Source: an uncultured Planctomycetaceae bacterium
Lineage (GTDB): Bacteria; Planctomycetota; Planctomycetia; Isosphaerales; Isosphaeraceae
Length of the DNA stretch: 64,000 nucleotides
Assembly (NCBI GenBank): GCA_963833985.1
Contig: CAWIAD010000002.1
Span: forward strand, 6,048,001 to 6,112,000
Reading direction: 5' to 3'
In this document: piece after piece, positions 1 to 11,613 of the stretch
Layout: every line of letters begins with the position of its first letter
Position numbering within the stretch: position 1 is the first letter of the stretch
Notes under the pieces: generated by a model
The model's input: only the letters and a program-made list of their open reading frames with translations
Database searches by the model: none
Told to the model about the DNA's origin: nothing
Position numbers and translations under genes: made by a program

Positions 1-544
1 AGTCGGGCCGCTCCCAGGCGGCCGTGAAGGCGCAGACGGCCCCGCTGCTCGAGCCGCCGATCGCGCGGTCGTTGCCGTCGTGCGAAAACCGGATGGGCCG
101 TTCGTCGGGCGTGGCCTTTTTCTCCACCTCCGGCAGCAGCTCCTCGAGCAGGAACCGCGCGTAGTGATCGCCCAGGCCGTCGTACTCGTAACTGCGGTTG
201 AACCGGTCCAGGGCCTGGGGCGAGAGCGCCTTGACCTTGCCATGCATCACGAACACGCCAATGGTGACGGGCATCTCGCGGTTGTGGATGAGCGTGTCGA
301 AGACGGCCGGAGCGCTGTACTGGATGCCGTCCTGGTTCACGTACAGGCAGGCGGGTGTCTTGCCGTCGTACTGCCGAGGAACGTACACCCAGTAGTCGCG
401 CACGGTACCGGGGAAGATCTTGCTCTGGTCGAAGGCGAACTTGTGGACCTCGCCCTTGGGCACGTCGTCACCGCGGACAGAAGCGTGCAGCAGCGCGAGC
501 GGAATGGACGCAAGGAGACGGGACAGAAAGCGGCCTCGGCTCAT
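1..544 (-). CDS. Esterase of the enterochelin-esterase-like alpha/beta-hydrolase family (5' part; runs off the window start)
   Basis: Not in the ORF track. Manual translation from ATG at 544 gives MSRGRFLSRLLASIPLALL...SKIFPGTVRDYWVYVPRQYD...NRSYEYDGLGDHYARFLLEELLP...RAIGGSSSGAVCAFTAAWERPD, with a signal-like N-terminus and a GxSxG nucleophile elbow. Confidence 0.8.
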   Translation of the reverse strand, partial: MSRGRFLSRLLASIPLALLHASVRGDDVPKGEVHKFAFDQSKIFPGTVRDYWVYVPRQYDGKTPACLYVNQDGIQYSAPAVFDTLIHNREMPVTIGVFVMHGKVKALSPQALDRFNRSYEYDGLGDHYARFLLEELLPEVEKKATPDERPIRFSHDGNDRAIGGSSSGAVCAFTAAWERPD

Positions 545-769
545 GGCAATGGATCCTCGTCACAGTTCGACTGGCTTGACTCCCCCTCGCGACCGGGGCC
601 ATTCTAGCCGAGGAGCGGGGGCTGCGACATGGAGTTCCGGATGCCGACCGCTGCGCACCGCGGCCCGAGATGCCTACACCGATTGATTCATAAAAAAGTG
701 GGAACCCTGCGGGACCCTCGTCCCATTACTCTATGTACCAACCAATGAATTCAGCGAAAAGGAGAGCCG

Positions 770-3289
770 GTGGCGGGCAGGAAGGATAGTGCGGCGCAGG
801 GCCAGTTCCGCTTGCTCATGCATGTCGGAGCCGTCGGGAAGCTGACGGACGGGCAGCTTCTGGAACGGTTCTCGACGGGCCGGGGTGATGCCGCCGAGCT
901 TGCCTTCGCAGCCCTGGTCGAGCGGCACGGGCCGATGGTCTGGCGGCTCTGCCGGGGCGTGCTCGCCGACCCGCACACCGCGGAGGACGCCTTTCAGGCG
1001 ACTTTTATGGTCCTGGTGAAGAAGGCGGGGGGGCTGTGGGTGAAAGACTCGCTGGGCGCCTGGCTGCACCAGGTCGCGTTCCGCACGGCCTCCAGCGCCT
1101 TGAAGGACGAGCTCAGGCGACGGCGGCACGAGCGCAGGGCGGCGGAGATGGCGGCCACATCTTGTGGCGTAGATCACGAAGGAGCGGACCCCGAGCTGGA
1201 ACGACTGCTGCACGCCGAGATCGACGGGCTGCCCGAACGGTACCGCGTGCCCATCGTGCTCTGCGATCTGGAGGGCTATTCCCACGAGCTGGCGGCACGT
1301 CATCTCGGCTGGCCCATCGGGACCGTCAAGAGCCGCCTGGCGCGGGGACGAGACCGGCTGCGTGACCGGCTGCGCCAGCGCGGAGTTCATCGGAGCCTGG
1401 CGCCGCTCCCGGCCGCACTCTGGAGCGAAGGCAGCAATCCCGTGCTCCCGACCGCCCTGGTCCGATCCACGACCATCCTCGCGATGCGGTTCGGTGTGTC
1501 TGAATCAATCAGCAGTGCATCGGTTGCTTCACTCGTCCAGGGGGTTCTCGAAACTATGTCCATCAATCGATGGCTCAAAGTCGCCGCGATCTTGCTTGTG
1601 GCCGGAGCAACGGCCTCCAGTGCCGGCATGATGTCCCGGAAGTCCGCCTCGGGAGGTGAGGCCTCGACGCAGAAGGCAGCCCAGCCCGGCCCGGGCCCGG
1701 ATGAAGCGGTCGCCGTGGTCAAGCAGGGCAAGTTCACGTTTTCCGTCGTTGCTCCGGGCTCGATCGAGGCCGAGCGTCGGGTGAGCCTGCTTTGCGAGGT
1801 CGCGGGCCGCTCGACCATCATCTCGATCGTACCCGAGGGCAAGAAGGTCAAGAAGGGAGATCTCCTCTGCGAGCTCGACTCGGCCTCGCTCCGCGACCAG
1901 CTCGTGAATCAGCGGGTCGCCACCCGGGATGCGGAGATGGTGTATCAGAGTGCCAGGGAATCACGCGAAAGCGCCGAGCTTGCGATCAAGGAATACGAGG
2001 AAGGCACCTACCCGCTGGAAAAAGCCACGATCGAGGGCGAGATCAGGCTCGCCGAATCCGCCGTCGCCATCGCCAGAGCACAGATGGAACGCACCCGAAG
2101 ACTTCACCAGCAGTTGAACGACGCGTTCGCGCGCAAGGAACCGGCCGAGGTCACGACGAGCCTGCGCACCGAGCTCGAACTCAAGAACCAGCTCGACGCC
2201 GCCGAACAGACCCTGATGCGCGAGCAATTGTCGGTCCAGAAAGCGCGGGGGAGGCTGAACCTGCTGGAGAACTATACGAAAGGGAAAATGGCGAAAGAGC
2301 TGAAAGCGAGGGCCGACGAGCGGAGGTTCGCAGAACTGGTCAAGGAACGTGCCGTCCAGCTCGAACATTCCAGGGAACGCAGCCTGGGAAGGCAAATCAC
2401 CCGATGCAAGCTCATCGCCCCCGGCGACGGCACGGTCGTGTACGCCAACGATCCACACCGGGCCGGGGGATGGCCTCAGATCGAGGAAGGTGCCACGGTC
2501 CGAGAGCGGCAGATCATTCTTTACATCGACGACCTCGATGGCCCGATGCAGGTGAACGCCAAGGCTCGAGAAGCATACGTCGATCGGCTCGCGCGCGGTC
2601 AGAAGGCCCGGATCGAGGTGGACGCGTTCCCGGGCAAGGTATTCTCCGGCGAGGTGGTCGAGGTGGCGCCGCTGCCCGACCCGGGCACCTTTTTCAACTC
2701 GGACGTAAAGGTCTACACCACCAGGGTCCGCATCAATGGAATCGTGGGCATGCTCCGCCCCGGCATGACGGCGCGAGCCGAAATCCTCGTGAGCGAGCGT
2801 GACAACGCCCTCACCGTGCCCATCGGTGCCGTTCTGTTATATGACGCCAGGGCACAAGTCGCGGTCAAAAAGCCCGCGGGCGAGTTCGAGTGGCGCGAGG
2901 TCATCCTGGGCGAGTCCAATGACGTGGAGATCGAAGTGAAGCAAGGCCTCAAGCCTGGAGAACAGGTGGCCCTCGCCCCGATGCATCTGCTCACCGAGCA
3001 GGAGCGCCTGAGGTTCTTCCCGACCCCGCCAGCCTCGACCCCGCCAGCCACGAGTAAGACCGCAGGTGCGGACCGGACCAGGGCGAAGGCGATCGGTAAG
3101 GAGGCCCGCGGTGCGCGCTTACCACCGGCGTTGATCGCCAAGCTCAGATCGATCGCGCCTGAAGACCGTGCCAGGTTGAAGAATGCCGGCCAGCAGGAAC
3201 GCGAGGCCATCCTGAGGAAAGCGGGATTCACCGATGCCGAGCTCTCGCAGTTCTTCGAGATGACCCAGTCGCCTCGCCGTCCCGACTGA
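770..3289 (+). CDS. ECF sigma-70 factor fused to an RND-efflux periplasmic adaptor (HlyD/MFP-like) domain
   Basis: N-terminus has sigma regions 2 and 4 (AEDAFQATFMVLV; GWPIGTVKSRLARGR). This is followed by a TM segment, lipoyl-like halves (IISIVPEGKKVKKGDLLCELD; LIAPGDGTVVY), a long coiled coil and a beta-barrel (LRPGMTARAEI). Confidence 0.85.
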   Translation: MAGRKDSAAQGQFRLLMHVGAVGKLTDGQLLERFSTGRGDAAELAFAALVERHGPMVWRLCRGVLADPHTAEDAFQATFMVLVKKAGGLWVKDSLGAWLHQVAFRTASSALKDELRRRRHERRAAEMAATSCGVDHEGADPELERLLHAEIDGLPERYRVPIVLCDLEGYSHELAARHLGWPIGTVKSRLARGRDRLRDRLRQRGVHRSLAPLPAALWSEGSNPVLPTALVRSTTILAMRFGVSESISSASVASLVQGVLETMSINRWLKVAAILLVAGATASSAGMMSRKSASGGEASTQKAAQPGPGPDEAVAVVKQGKFTFSVVAPGSIEAERRVSLLCEVAGRSTIISIVPEGKKVKKGDLLCELDSASLRDQLVNQRVATRDAEMVYQSARESRESAELAIKEYEEGTYPLEKATIEGEIRLAESAVAIARAQMERTRRLHQQLNDAFARKEPAEVTTSLRTELELKNQLDAAEQTLMREQLSVQKARGRLNLLENYTKGKMAKELKARADERRFAELVKERAVQLEHSRERSLGRQITRCKLIAPGDGTVVYANDPHRAGGWPQIEEGATVRERQIILYIDDLDGPMQVNAKAREAYVDRLARGQKARIEVDAFPGKVFSGEVVEVAPLPDPGTFFNSDVKVYTTRVRINGIVGMLRPGMTARAEILVSERDNALTVPIGAVLLYDARAQVAVKKPAGEFEWREVILGESNDVEIEVKQGLKPGEQVALAPMHLLTEQERLRFFPTPPASTPPATSKTAGADRTRAKAIGKEARGARLPPALIAKLRSIAPEDRARLKNAGQQEREAILRKAGFTDAELSQFFEMTQSPRRPD

Positions 3290-3324
3290 TCACAGGGTGC
3301 TGGCCGTTGCGACGCAGGATCGTT

Positions 3325-4605
3325 TCACGCCGGCCACTTTCCGATCGGGCATTGCTCATGCGACATGCGTGACTTCACGTGGGTGAAGCAGCCGCAAACG
3401 CGGCACCGCATACCGGTGTGATGCTCGCAGGTGTTGCAGGTGGCCATCCGCGCTTGTTGCAGAACGGGCTCGGTGGTCGTCAGCCCCGATCCGATGAATC
3501 GCATCATCGCCTTTGTGGCCGAGACCGCCATGCGCAAGAGGCCGGGTCCACTGTCCGGGTCGGCGGCCGCCTGGGTGGCCGTCATCACGCTGCCGCCCAT
3601 CGGCCCGCCCGAGACGACGCTGGCCCCCATCGCGCCTGGGGCACCTGCCGCGAGACCGGCCATGTCCATGCGATAGCGCTGAAGCTGGGCGCCATACCAG
3701 GAGGCCTCCGGCTTGCCGGTTCTTCGCAGCAGGTTGATCGACTCCTGCGCCCGGCCAATGGCCTGGTCGCGCTGGCTCATATCGGCATGGGCGATCGCCA
3801 TGTTCCAGAGCACGCGCGCCTCTTGCTGGCGGTCGCCTGCGGCGCGGGTCATGTCCAGGGCGCGGGTCAGGAGCGACAGAGCCCCGAAGGGGTCGCGCAG
3901 GTTGGCGTGGGCCATGCCCAGCCGTTCCACGATCAGCTTCTCGGCGTACGGATCGTTGAGCGCGCGCACCAGTTCCAGGGCCTTCTCCAGCAAGTGCCTG
4001 GCCGCGGCCGCCTGGCCCATCGCCATGAGCGCGTATGCCAGGTTGTGCAAGGCGTCGATCTCGCGGGCCCGGTCGCCGAGCATGCGGCACAGTTCGACGG
4101 CCTTCTCGAGCTGGGATGCCGATCTCTGGAGGTCGCCCTCGTTCATGGTGACGATGCCCAGGTCGATGAGCGCGGCCGCTTCCCGAAAGCGGTCGCCGCT
4201 CTGGCGCAGGCCTCGAGGCGCTGCTCGGCGAGCGCCACCGGGCAGCCGAGCTCGTCGGTTTCGGCCACACCCGTGACGGGTTGCGACGCGGAGCCGTTGC
4301 CAGGCAAGGCGCCGGCCGGCGCGGCGGTTCCCCGGGCCACAAGAAAAAGGCGGTCGGCGATGGGCTTGAGCCTGGTGACCTCGGGCAAGGCGGCCCGCAG
4401 CGCAGCCTCGTCCAGGGGCGCGTTCTCATCGTGGGCCCAGGCCAGGAACAGGTCAGTCTTGCGATCGCCGCACTTCTCTGCCGGCTGGCCGGTGGGCAGG
4501 GTCCAGGAGTCCTCGCCATCCTTGCCCGTGAACTTGCGCGCACAGCTTGCTCAGCAAGCCCCCGCCCAGACGCTGCCGCGCCCGGATCGATGTGACGGCC
4601 GTCAT
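3325..4605 (-). CDS. TPR-repeat protein with a C-terminal Cys-rich domain (two apparent frameshifts, near 4545 and 4205)
   Basis: TPR-like helices (ALHNLAYA, RLGMAHANL, VLWNMAIAHADM) and C-terminus RMATCNTCEHHTGMRCRVCGCFTHVKSRMSHEQCPIGKW. Upstream frames join into one plausible protein from ATG 4605. Confidence 0.65.
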
Positions 4606-5000
4606 GCAGATGCCGTGCTCGGTCTTGATCTCGAGCCGAGGAACGGTTCCAATCCTTTCCCAGTACTGGAATTCGCGGTCTCGGCTCTCCGGCAGCCAGA
4701 ACACCGCGCGGCTGCTCTCGCGTGCGGGATCGCGGAGGATGCCAGCGACGAGCACCAGGTTGCCCCAGTCAGGTAGTGTCATGCGAATTCGACTCGCTCT
4801 CCGGGCAGGTGGTTTCGGCGCTACGAGACTGCGTAAGGGATGCCATGAGTGGTGCCAGGACCCGCGATTGTACCTGCTGGAAAGATTCTCGACAAACCGG
4901 ATCGGCGAAGCGGAATCCGCGGCTGCCGCGTACACGGCCCGCCTTGAGAGCGTGACGCCCGGGGAGGACTCGCCGGGACATTCATCAGGAGGTGTATAGA

Positions 5001-5909
5001 ATGCAAGGACGCTTGCCTGACTTTATCGTTCTTGGCGCCATGAAATGCGCAACGACAACGCTCCACGAACAACTGGCGCGTCAGCGATGCCTGTTCATGA
5101 GCCATCCCAAGGAGCCAAACTTCTTCAGCGACGATGCGAACTACGGCCGCGGGCTGGACTGGTATGCCGGCTGCTTTCACGGTGCCGGGCCCGAGCAGCT
5201 TGTGGGCGAATCAAGTACGCATTACACGAAGCTTCCCACCCACCCGTACACTGTCGAGCGGATGATCCAGGTGCTGCCGCGAGTCAAGCTGGTCTACGTG
5301 ATGCGGCATCCGATCGACCGGCTCACCTCGCATTACCTGCATGAGGTGACCGTGGGTCAAATCTCGGTCGGCCTCGAGGAAGCCGTCGAGCAACACCCAG
5401 AACTCGTGGATTACGGCCGGTACAGCATGCAACTTGAACCCTACATCCGGACATATGGCCCGGAAGCCATCCTTCCCATCTTCTTTGATCGGCTGGTCGA
5501 TGAGCCCGACCAGGAGATGGAGCGGCTGGGCCGGTTTCTGGGGGCCTCCGAACCCATGCGATGGGACCACACGCTGAAACCGCAGAACGTGGGGCGCGAG
5601 CGGCTGCGCAACAGTCCCCTCCGCGAGACGCTCGTGCAACTGCCGTTGCTGAGCGCGCTGCGGCATGCCCTCTTGCCTCGACGACTGGTGGACGCCTTGA
5701 AAGCGTTCTGGAAGATCGGCGTGGATCCGCCTCCGGTTTCTTCCTCGCTGAGCGACCGGCTGCGCGAGCTCTTCGACGAGGACCTCGCGCGGCTCGGTTC
5801 GTGGCTTGGGATCGAGCTCGACTGCGGCTCGTTTCACGAGGCCGCCAGAAAGCCGTCGGTCGTCTGGAAGACGTTCCACACCGACCTGTGCGCCGCGCCC
5901 CGCTGCTGA
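5001..5909 (+). CDS. Sulfotransferase family protein
   Basis: PAPS-binding loop PDFIVLGAMKCATTTL, KEPNFF, and the 3'-phosphate motif MRHPIDRLTSHY. Confidence 0.9.
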   Translation: MQGRLPDFIVLGAMKCATTTLHEQLARQRCLFMSHPKEPNFFSDDANYGRGLDWYAGCFHGAGPEQLVGESSTHYTKLPTHPYTVERMIQVLPRVKLVYVMRHPIDRLTSHYLHEVTVGQISVGLEEAVEQHPELVDYGRYSMQLEPYIRTYGPEAILPIFFDRLVDEPDQEMERLGRFLGASEPMRWDHTLKPQNVGRERLRNSPLRETLVQLPLLSALRHALLPRRLVDALKAFWKIGVDPPPVSSSLSDRLRELFDEDLARLGSWLGIELDCGSFHEAARKPSVVWKTFHTDLCAAPRC

Positions 5910-5920
5910 CGACGGCCGGT

Positions 5921-8541
5921 TCACGGCTTGCGCTGGATCCGTAGCGACACGATACCCCAGCCCGGGACTGTGACTGGGCCATGGATCTCGGCGCTGGGCT
6001 GCTCGCTCGTGTCGCTGGCCCAGATCTTGAGCGGTCCCGATCCGCCTCCTCGCAAGCTCACCTGGCGATCCTGCCCCGATGCTCCGTACAGGCGGACGAT
6101 CCACGCACGGCCGTCGTCGCTGGGCTTGAGCGCCGTGACGAGCACCTCATGCTCCGAAAGATCAAATAAGGGCGTCGCAGTGGGCCTGGACCCGGCGCGG
6201 GCGTGGCGATGAGCGGCTGGCTGATGCCGATGGCCAGCCGCGAGGCGCGGGCTGGATCAGCCTGGCGATGCGGAAGGAGGACGAATCGAAAGACCGCTGG
6301 TCCTTCCTGGTAGGCGCGGTAGTTGGTGTGCCAGTGGTTGTTCATGGCCCACACGTAGAGCTGCTGGGTCGGCTCGATGGCCTTGCGCCAGGCGTCGGGA
6401 TTGGACTGCGAGTTCAGCAGCCTGGCAGTCAGCCCGCCAAGCTGGATCAGGGGTGCATCCAGCGTCACCCAGGTGACGCCGGAATCACGATTGGAGACAT
6501 CGACCCAGCGGCCCACCGTGAGCCAGTTCTTGCAGGCGCTGGGCATCTGGTCGAGCTCGGGTCGCATGGCTCCGATCGGCAGGTCTACCAGCATCTGCCC
6601 GCCCGGCACGTGGAACGGAAAAGCGAAGTTGACGCTCTCCTTGCCGTCCTTCTCGATGTAGCTCCTGGCGGCGAGCCGAGCCTTGTCCACGGTGTTCACG
6701 AGCTCGATCCGGTCCTGGCCCGCATACAGGCGGACGTCGCGGCGCAGGTGATGGCAGCCCGGCGCATCGGAGTCGATCATGAGCGAGGCCACCAGGGGAC
6801 CCCGATCGCCGGGCTTCACGGTCACGGTCCCCACCCCCTGCATGCCTGCCAGATCATCACCCTTGAAGTAGAGATAGTCGTTGATCGCATGCCCTGACGA
6901 GGAATCCACCAGGTTCCCATCGATCTCCGGGCTACGCAGCTCCGCCAGCCCGCCCGTCCGCGGATCGATGACGATCCGCACCAGGCCATTGCTCAGGACC
7001 GTACCATCGACGATTGCCGGAACGGCCGCCGGATACGCACCGCCAGGCGCAAGCGTGTACCGACGGGCGCAGAGAGGGGGCAGATCAGTCACCAGGATGG
7101 CCAGTTCCCCGCTGGCCAGGCGCTGCGAGGGCACCGGCCGGCCCTGATCATCGGCAACGCGATCTCCCCGTTCCGAGATCCCCTTCGGCACCAGCATCAC
7201 CTCGGTACGCGGCCACGAGGTGGTGTTGAACACGTCGAGATCCGCGCTGGCCACCAGGGAATCCGCGGCCTTCTCGCGACGCTCCAGGGCGCGCACCACG
7301 AGCGAGCGCGACTGCAAGCTGGCTTCCGCGGCGAACGACTGCTTGATTTGCCATTGCTCCTGTGTGAGCGGAAGGGACGGATCGGTGACGCTACAGTAGG
7401 CGCCCCATGTGTGTTCCGAGTAGAGCAGGACGTTGCGCCAGGCCTGGTCGAACGATCTGGCCGGATAGCTGGCCGGGTCGATCATGGCCCAGAGCGCCTC
7501 GGCCTGGGTGAGCCGGTCGGCGGCCGAGCGGTTCATGCCCGTCTCGACGGCAGACGACCCCGCGCCGTCTTCCCAGTAGGGCGTCCAGTCGCCGCGCACC
7601 CGCGGCAGCTTGTCGCCGTAGCGAGCCTCGAACGCCCGAAAGGCCTCGCTGGTCGACGCGATCTTGAACTTCGGCCAGTCGTGCTGCTGGTTCCATTCCT
7701 TGACGAAATCGCAGATGGCCGGGTCGGGCGTGGCATTGTCGCCGTGGCCGGACCAGCGGATGTAGGCGATGCCGTACGGATATCCCTTCCTCTCCAGCTC
7801 GGCGGTGTAGTCGGCGACGAACTTCGGGGTGAGTGTGCCCACGATGTGCGACATCGCGTATCCCCTGGTCGGAATCCAGACCAGCACCTTCTCCTTGCCG
7901 GACGGCGAGACCCAGTAAAACGGCCGGTTCTCCCACTTCACCAGGATGTCCCCGATCCGATCGGAGAAGTTGGGTGCGGCCGAGAAGTACCTGATGCCGG
8001 CCTGGGCCATCGCCGTGACGGTTCCCCAGGTGTAGCCCGGCACGTCGCTGATCATGGCCGAGTCGATCGGCACGCCGGTCTGCCCGGCCAGCCTCGTGGC
8101 CTCACGAAAGAGCCGCAGCAACTCCTCCTGGCGGCACAGGCCAGTGAGCTCATTGAGATACATGCCATTGAGCGCCACCTGGCCTTTCTTGACGGCATCC
8201 AGCAAGAGAGCCCGCTGCTCCGTCCCCAGCCTGTGGAGATAGAGATCGGCGGCCCAGAGGACCTCGACGTTCCAGACGAAACGGGCACCCTCGGGATAGC
8301 TCGCGGTCCGGCGCGCGGCCGCAATGCCTTGCAGCAGGTTGTCCACTTGCTTCTGCTCGATCCGCGACTGGAGCTCGGTGTAACCGATGTCGGTGTGCGA
8401 GTGGGGCAAGATGTAGATGGTCAGCTCGCGCTGGGTCGCGGGAGCGGCAGGGTCCGGGTCTGCGGCAGCCGCGGGGAATGCCGTCGCGGCCACGGTGATC
8501 GTGGTGATTCCAACGAGCAGCAGGTGTCGTCGCGTTTTCAT
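5921..8541 (-). CDS. Secreted glycoside hydrolase family 38 (alpha-mannosidase-like); frameshift near 6150
   Basis: Signal peptide MKTRRHLLLVG..., HSHTDIGY metal motif, ISDVPGYTW, LLYSEHTWGA. The C-terminal VLVTALKPSDDGRAWIVRL segment continues in ORF 5921..6145. Confidence 0.85.
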
Positions 8542-8931
8542 CGAGAGCCCCCTTCGGCCAGAGCGAACCGCCAGGCGGGGTAGAGGCAAATTCTGCCGAG
8601 GGCGTGGGTGGACCCCGGCGGGCGATCGCTCGGGACGTTGAGCTGGTGGGATGTCTCTGGCTGGCTAGCCGGTCTTCGAGGACCGGAGCTGGTCATTCAT
8701 CTCGGGCATGTGGCCTTGCGGCCGCGGACGGAAGACCTTCGTACCATTCCTCTGTGGTCGGCGCCAGGCTGAATCGTATCGTGCGCGGAACGACACCACA
8801 ATGAGCTGCTTCCTTCCAGCCCTGGTTCGAACCATCTTCGCGCCACATGAGCAAATGGCCGCCGTGTCGCACTCGTTGGTATCCTGAGATTGGAAACCTC
8901 ACTCTGAAGCCTCCAGCGCACGGAAATTCAC

Positions 8932-10221
8932 TTGAGCACTCCTGAAACCGGAAAGCGTGTGGTCATCACGGCTCTCGGCTCGCTGGGCGATCTGCACCCG
9001 TACCTGGCCATCGCCCTGGGATTGCGGGCGCGCGGCCATGAGGCGATCGTCGCGACCAGTGAATGTTATCGCGGCAGGGTGCAATCGCTGGGGCTTGAGT
9101 TCCGCCCGCTCCGACCCGACTCAGCGGTCGTGACTGACCCGGTCATGATGAGTCGGTTCATGGGTTCTCGGCTCGGCACGATGCGTGTCGTTCGTGATTG
9201 GTTCCTGGCACATCTGCGAGAGTCGTACGAAGACACGCTGGCAGCTTCTTCCGGGGTCGACCTGCTCGTCTCCCATCCTGCGACGTACGCAACCAGGCTG
9301 GTCGCCGAGCAGCAACACATCCCCTGGGTATCGACCATGACCGCGCCGGGAGGCTTCTTCTCGGCCCTGGCTCCGCCCGTGCTGCCCGTTGTTCCGGAAG
9401 TCAGCAAGGCGCTGTGCCCACTTGGGCCGTATTTCTGGGCCCCGATGCTCTCTTTTCTGAAGCGCGCAAGTCGAGGGTGGGCCCGGCCCATTGACCGGAT
9501 TCGGAGCGATCTTGGCCTGCCCCCTGCCCCGGAGTTGAACCCGCTGGTGGACGGCGTTGCGCCCTCGCTTCACCTCGCCCTCTTCTCGCGCTGGCTTGCC
9601 GCGAAGCAGTCCGACTGGCCGGCGCAGACCGTGGTGACCGGCTTCCCTTATCTGGACCAGGACGGCGCGAGCGGTTTGCCTCCCGACCTGACCCGCTTCC
9701 TCGATGACGGCCCTCCGCCGCTCGTCTTTACGCTGGGATCCTCGGCCGCGTCGATCGCGGGATCGTTTCACGAGGAAAGCGCCGCGGCTGCCCGGCGTCT
9801 GGGCCGCAGGGCCGTCCTGGTCCTGGGAGATCCGTGCACCCGGCCCGCATCGCTGCCCGAGGGAGTTGCCGCCTTCGACTATGCCCCGTTCGGCTTGCTC
9901 TTCCCCAGGGCCCTGGCGCTCGTCTATCCCGGCGGTATCGGCACCACCGGCCTGGCACTCCGCAACGGCGTGCCAATGCTGGTCATGCCCCTGGCCCACG
10001 AACAGCCTGACACTGCCGATCGTCTGATGCGCCTGGGTGTCGCCCGTACGATCAGCCGGCGCCGCTACGGGGCCGACCGAGTGGCACGGGAACTCACTCA
10101 ATTGCTGGGAGAAGAAGCATATGCGCGGCGGGCCGCGGAACTCGCCGGCCACGTCCGAGCCGAGGATGGAGTTGGCACAGCGTGCGATGCTCTGGAAGCC
10201 GTGCTCACTGGAGACTCATGA
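8932..10221 (+). CDS. Glycosyltransferase family 1 (GT-B fold, RhlB/sterol glucosyltransferase-like)
   Basis: GSLGDLHPYLAIALGLRARGHE at the N-terminus; C-terminal donor-binding PGGIGTTGLALRNGVPMLVMPLAHEQPD. Confidence 0.9.
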   Translation: MSTPETGKRVVITALGSLGDLHPYLAIALGLRARGHEAIVATSECYRGRVQSLGLEFRPLRPDSAVVTDPVMMSRFMGSRLGTMRVVRDWFLAHLRESYEDTLAASSGVDLLVSHPATYATRLVAEQQHIPWVSTMTAPGGFFSALAPPVLPVVPEVSKALCPLGPYFWAPMLSFLKRASRGWARPIDRIRSDLGLPPAPELNPLVDGVAPSLHLALFSRWLAAKQSDWPAQTVVTGFPYLDQDGASGLPPDLTRFLDDGPPPLVFTLGSSAASIAGSFHEESAAAARRLGRRAVLVLGDPCTRPASLPEGVAAFDYAPFGLLFPRALALVYPGGIGTTGLALRNGVPMLVMPLAHEQPDTADRLMRLGVARTISRRRYGADRVARELTQLLGEEAYARRAAELAGHVRAEDGVGTACDALEAVLTGDS

Positions 10222-10322
10222 CCAGCAAGGCCGCGCCGCGACGAGCATATCTTGCCGCGTCTCTGACATTTGTGGTATGACGGAACGCGTGAGACCACGC
10301 CCTGCGCTTGCGGAGCTCTGCG

Positions 10323-11542
10323 ATGCCAACTTGTGTGATCGCGCTTTCCATGATGAGCGCATTGTTCTTTACTCAGGGCGCGGTCACGGAGACGCCTCGG
10401 GAACGCTACCAGGCGCTGGTCAAGGAATACGATACCGAGCTCATGGCCTGGGAAGCACGCTACGGAGCCGGTGCGTTCAAAGACCCCGAGGCCCTTCTTG
10501 AGGCCCGTTATCGCGACTGGCCGGGCTGGCTTTACGCGGGTCGTTTTCTGGAGCTTGCCCAGGCCCACCTCGAAGACCCGGCCGCGATCGACGCCCTGCT
10601 CTGGATCACGAACCTGTCCTTTGCCGTCGGCGTGAGCGACCAGTTGCTCGTGGTTCCTTACACTCGCGCCTGGATCTCCTGGCGCAACGCCAGGTGTTCA
10701 ACGACAGCCGCATGACCCAGGCATGCAAGGCGCTCAGGTATCCGGCACCCTGGACCGAGCAGTTTCTACGAGCCCTCCTGGAACGGTCCACGAAACCCGA
10801 CATCCGGGGCATGGCCTGCCTGGTGCTGGCCCGCAGCCTTGCAAGCCGGAGGTCGATCGCCGTCGATCCCTGGTATGCCAGGGACGGACTATCCGCATTC
10901 ACATCATTCATGCGCCAGCGCGTTGATGCGGCCTGGATCGCCTACATCACAACGACGGATCTGCGGCAGGTGGACGAGGAGGCAGAACGGCTGTTCCGGA
11001 GAGCCACGGAGGAATTCGGCCAAGTCGTCTACGCGCGCGGAGCTCAAGGGCGGAAGATCACGGTCGCTGAGGTCGCCCGGTCGGAATGGACCGAGTTTCG
11101 CAAGCCAGCGCCTGGACGGCGGGTGCCCGAGATCGATGCCGACGACGCGGCAGGGAAGCGGCTCAGGCTCAGCGACTTTCAGGGCAAGGTCGTGGTCCTC
11201 TGCTTCGGCGGCTTATCCGACCCGCGCTGTCGCTCAACCTACACGCTTCTCCGCACGCTGAACGAAACATACAAGCACCAGCCGTTCGCGGTTCTGAGCG
11301 TCGAGACCGACACGGATCTCGAGAGCTTGCACCGGGCGCTCCACGACGGCACGATCACCTGGCGGTGCTGGCCGGATCGCGAGAGCAGGAACCCCATCGC
11401 CGCGGCTTGCCGCGTGACCGCCGTGCCGACCCTGCTGATCCTCGATCGCGACGGAACGATCCGTTTCATGAATCCCCGGGCCGATCACGTCGAAGACCAG
11501 GTGCGATCGCTGCTCCCGCAAGCAGACCCCGGGCAAAACTGA
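10323..11542 (+). CDS. Exported TlpA/redoxin-domain protein; frameshift near 10670
   Basis: Signal peptide in 10323..10715. The C-terminal part has LRLSDFQGKVVVLCF and VTAVPTLLILDRDGTIRF, typical of thioredoxin-like TlpA domains. Confidence 0.7.
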
Positions 11543-11578
11543 GAACGCGGCATTTCCAGCCCATGCGCGGCGGATGCC

Positions 11579-11608
11579 TTGACTCTCTGTCACGTTGTAG
11601 ATACAACT
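11579..11608 (+). promoter_or_regulatory. Sigma70-like promoter of marR overlapped by palindromic operator GTTGTA-N2-TACAAC
   Basis: TTGACT (11579-11584), 17-nt spacer, TACAAC (11602-11607). The palindrome GTTGTAGATACAAC at 11594-11607 covers the -10 element. Confidence 0.65.
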
Positions 11609-11613
11609 AAAGC

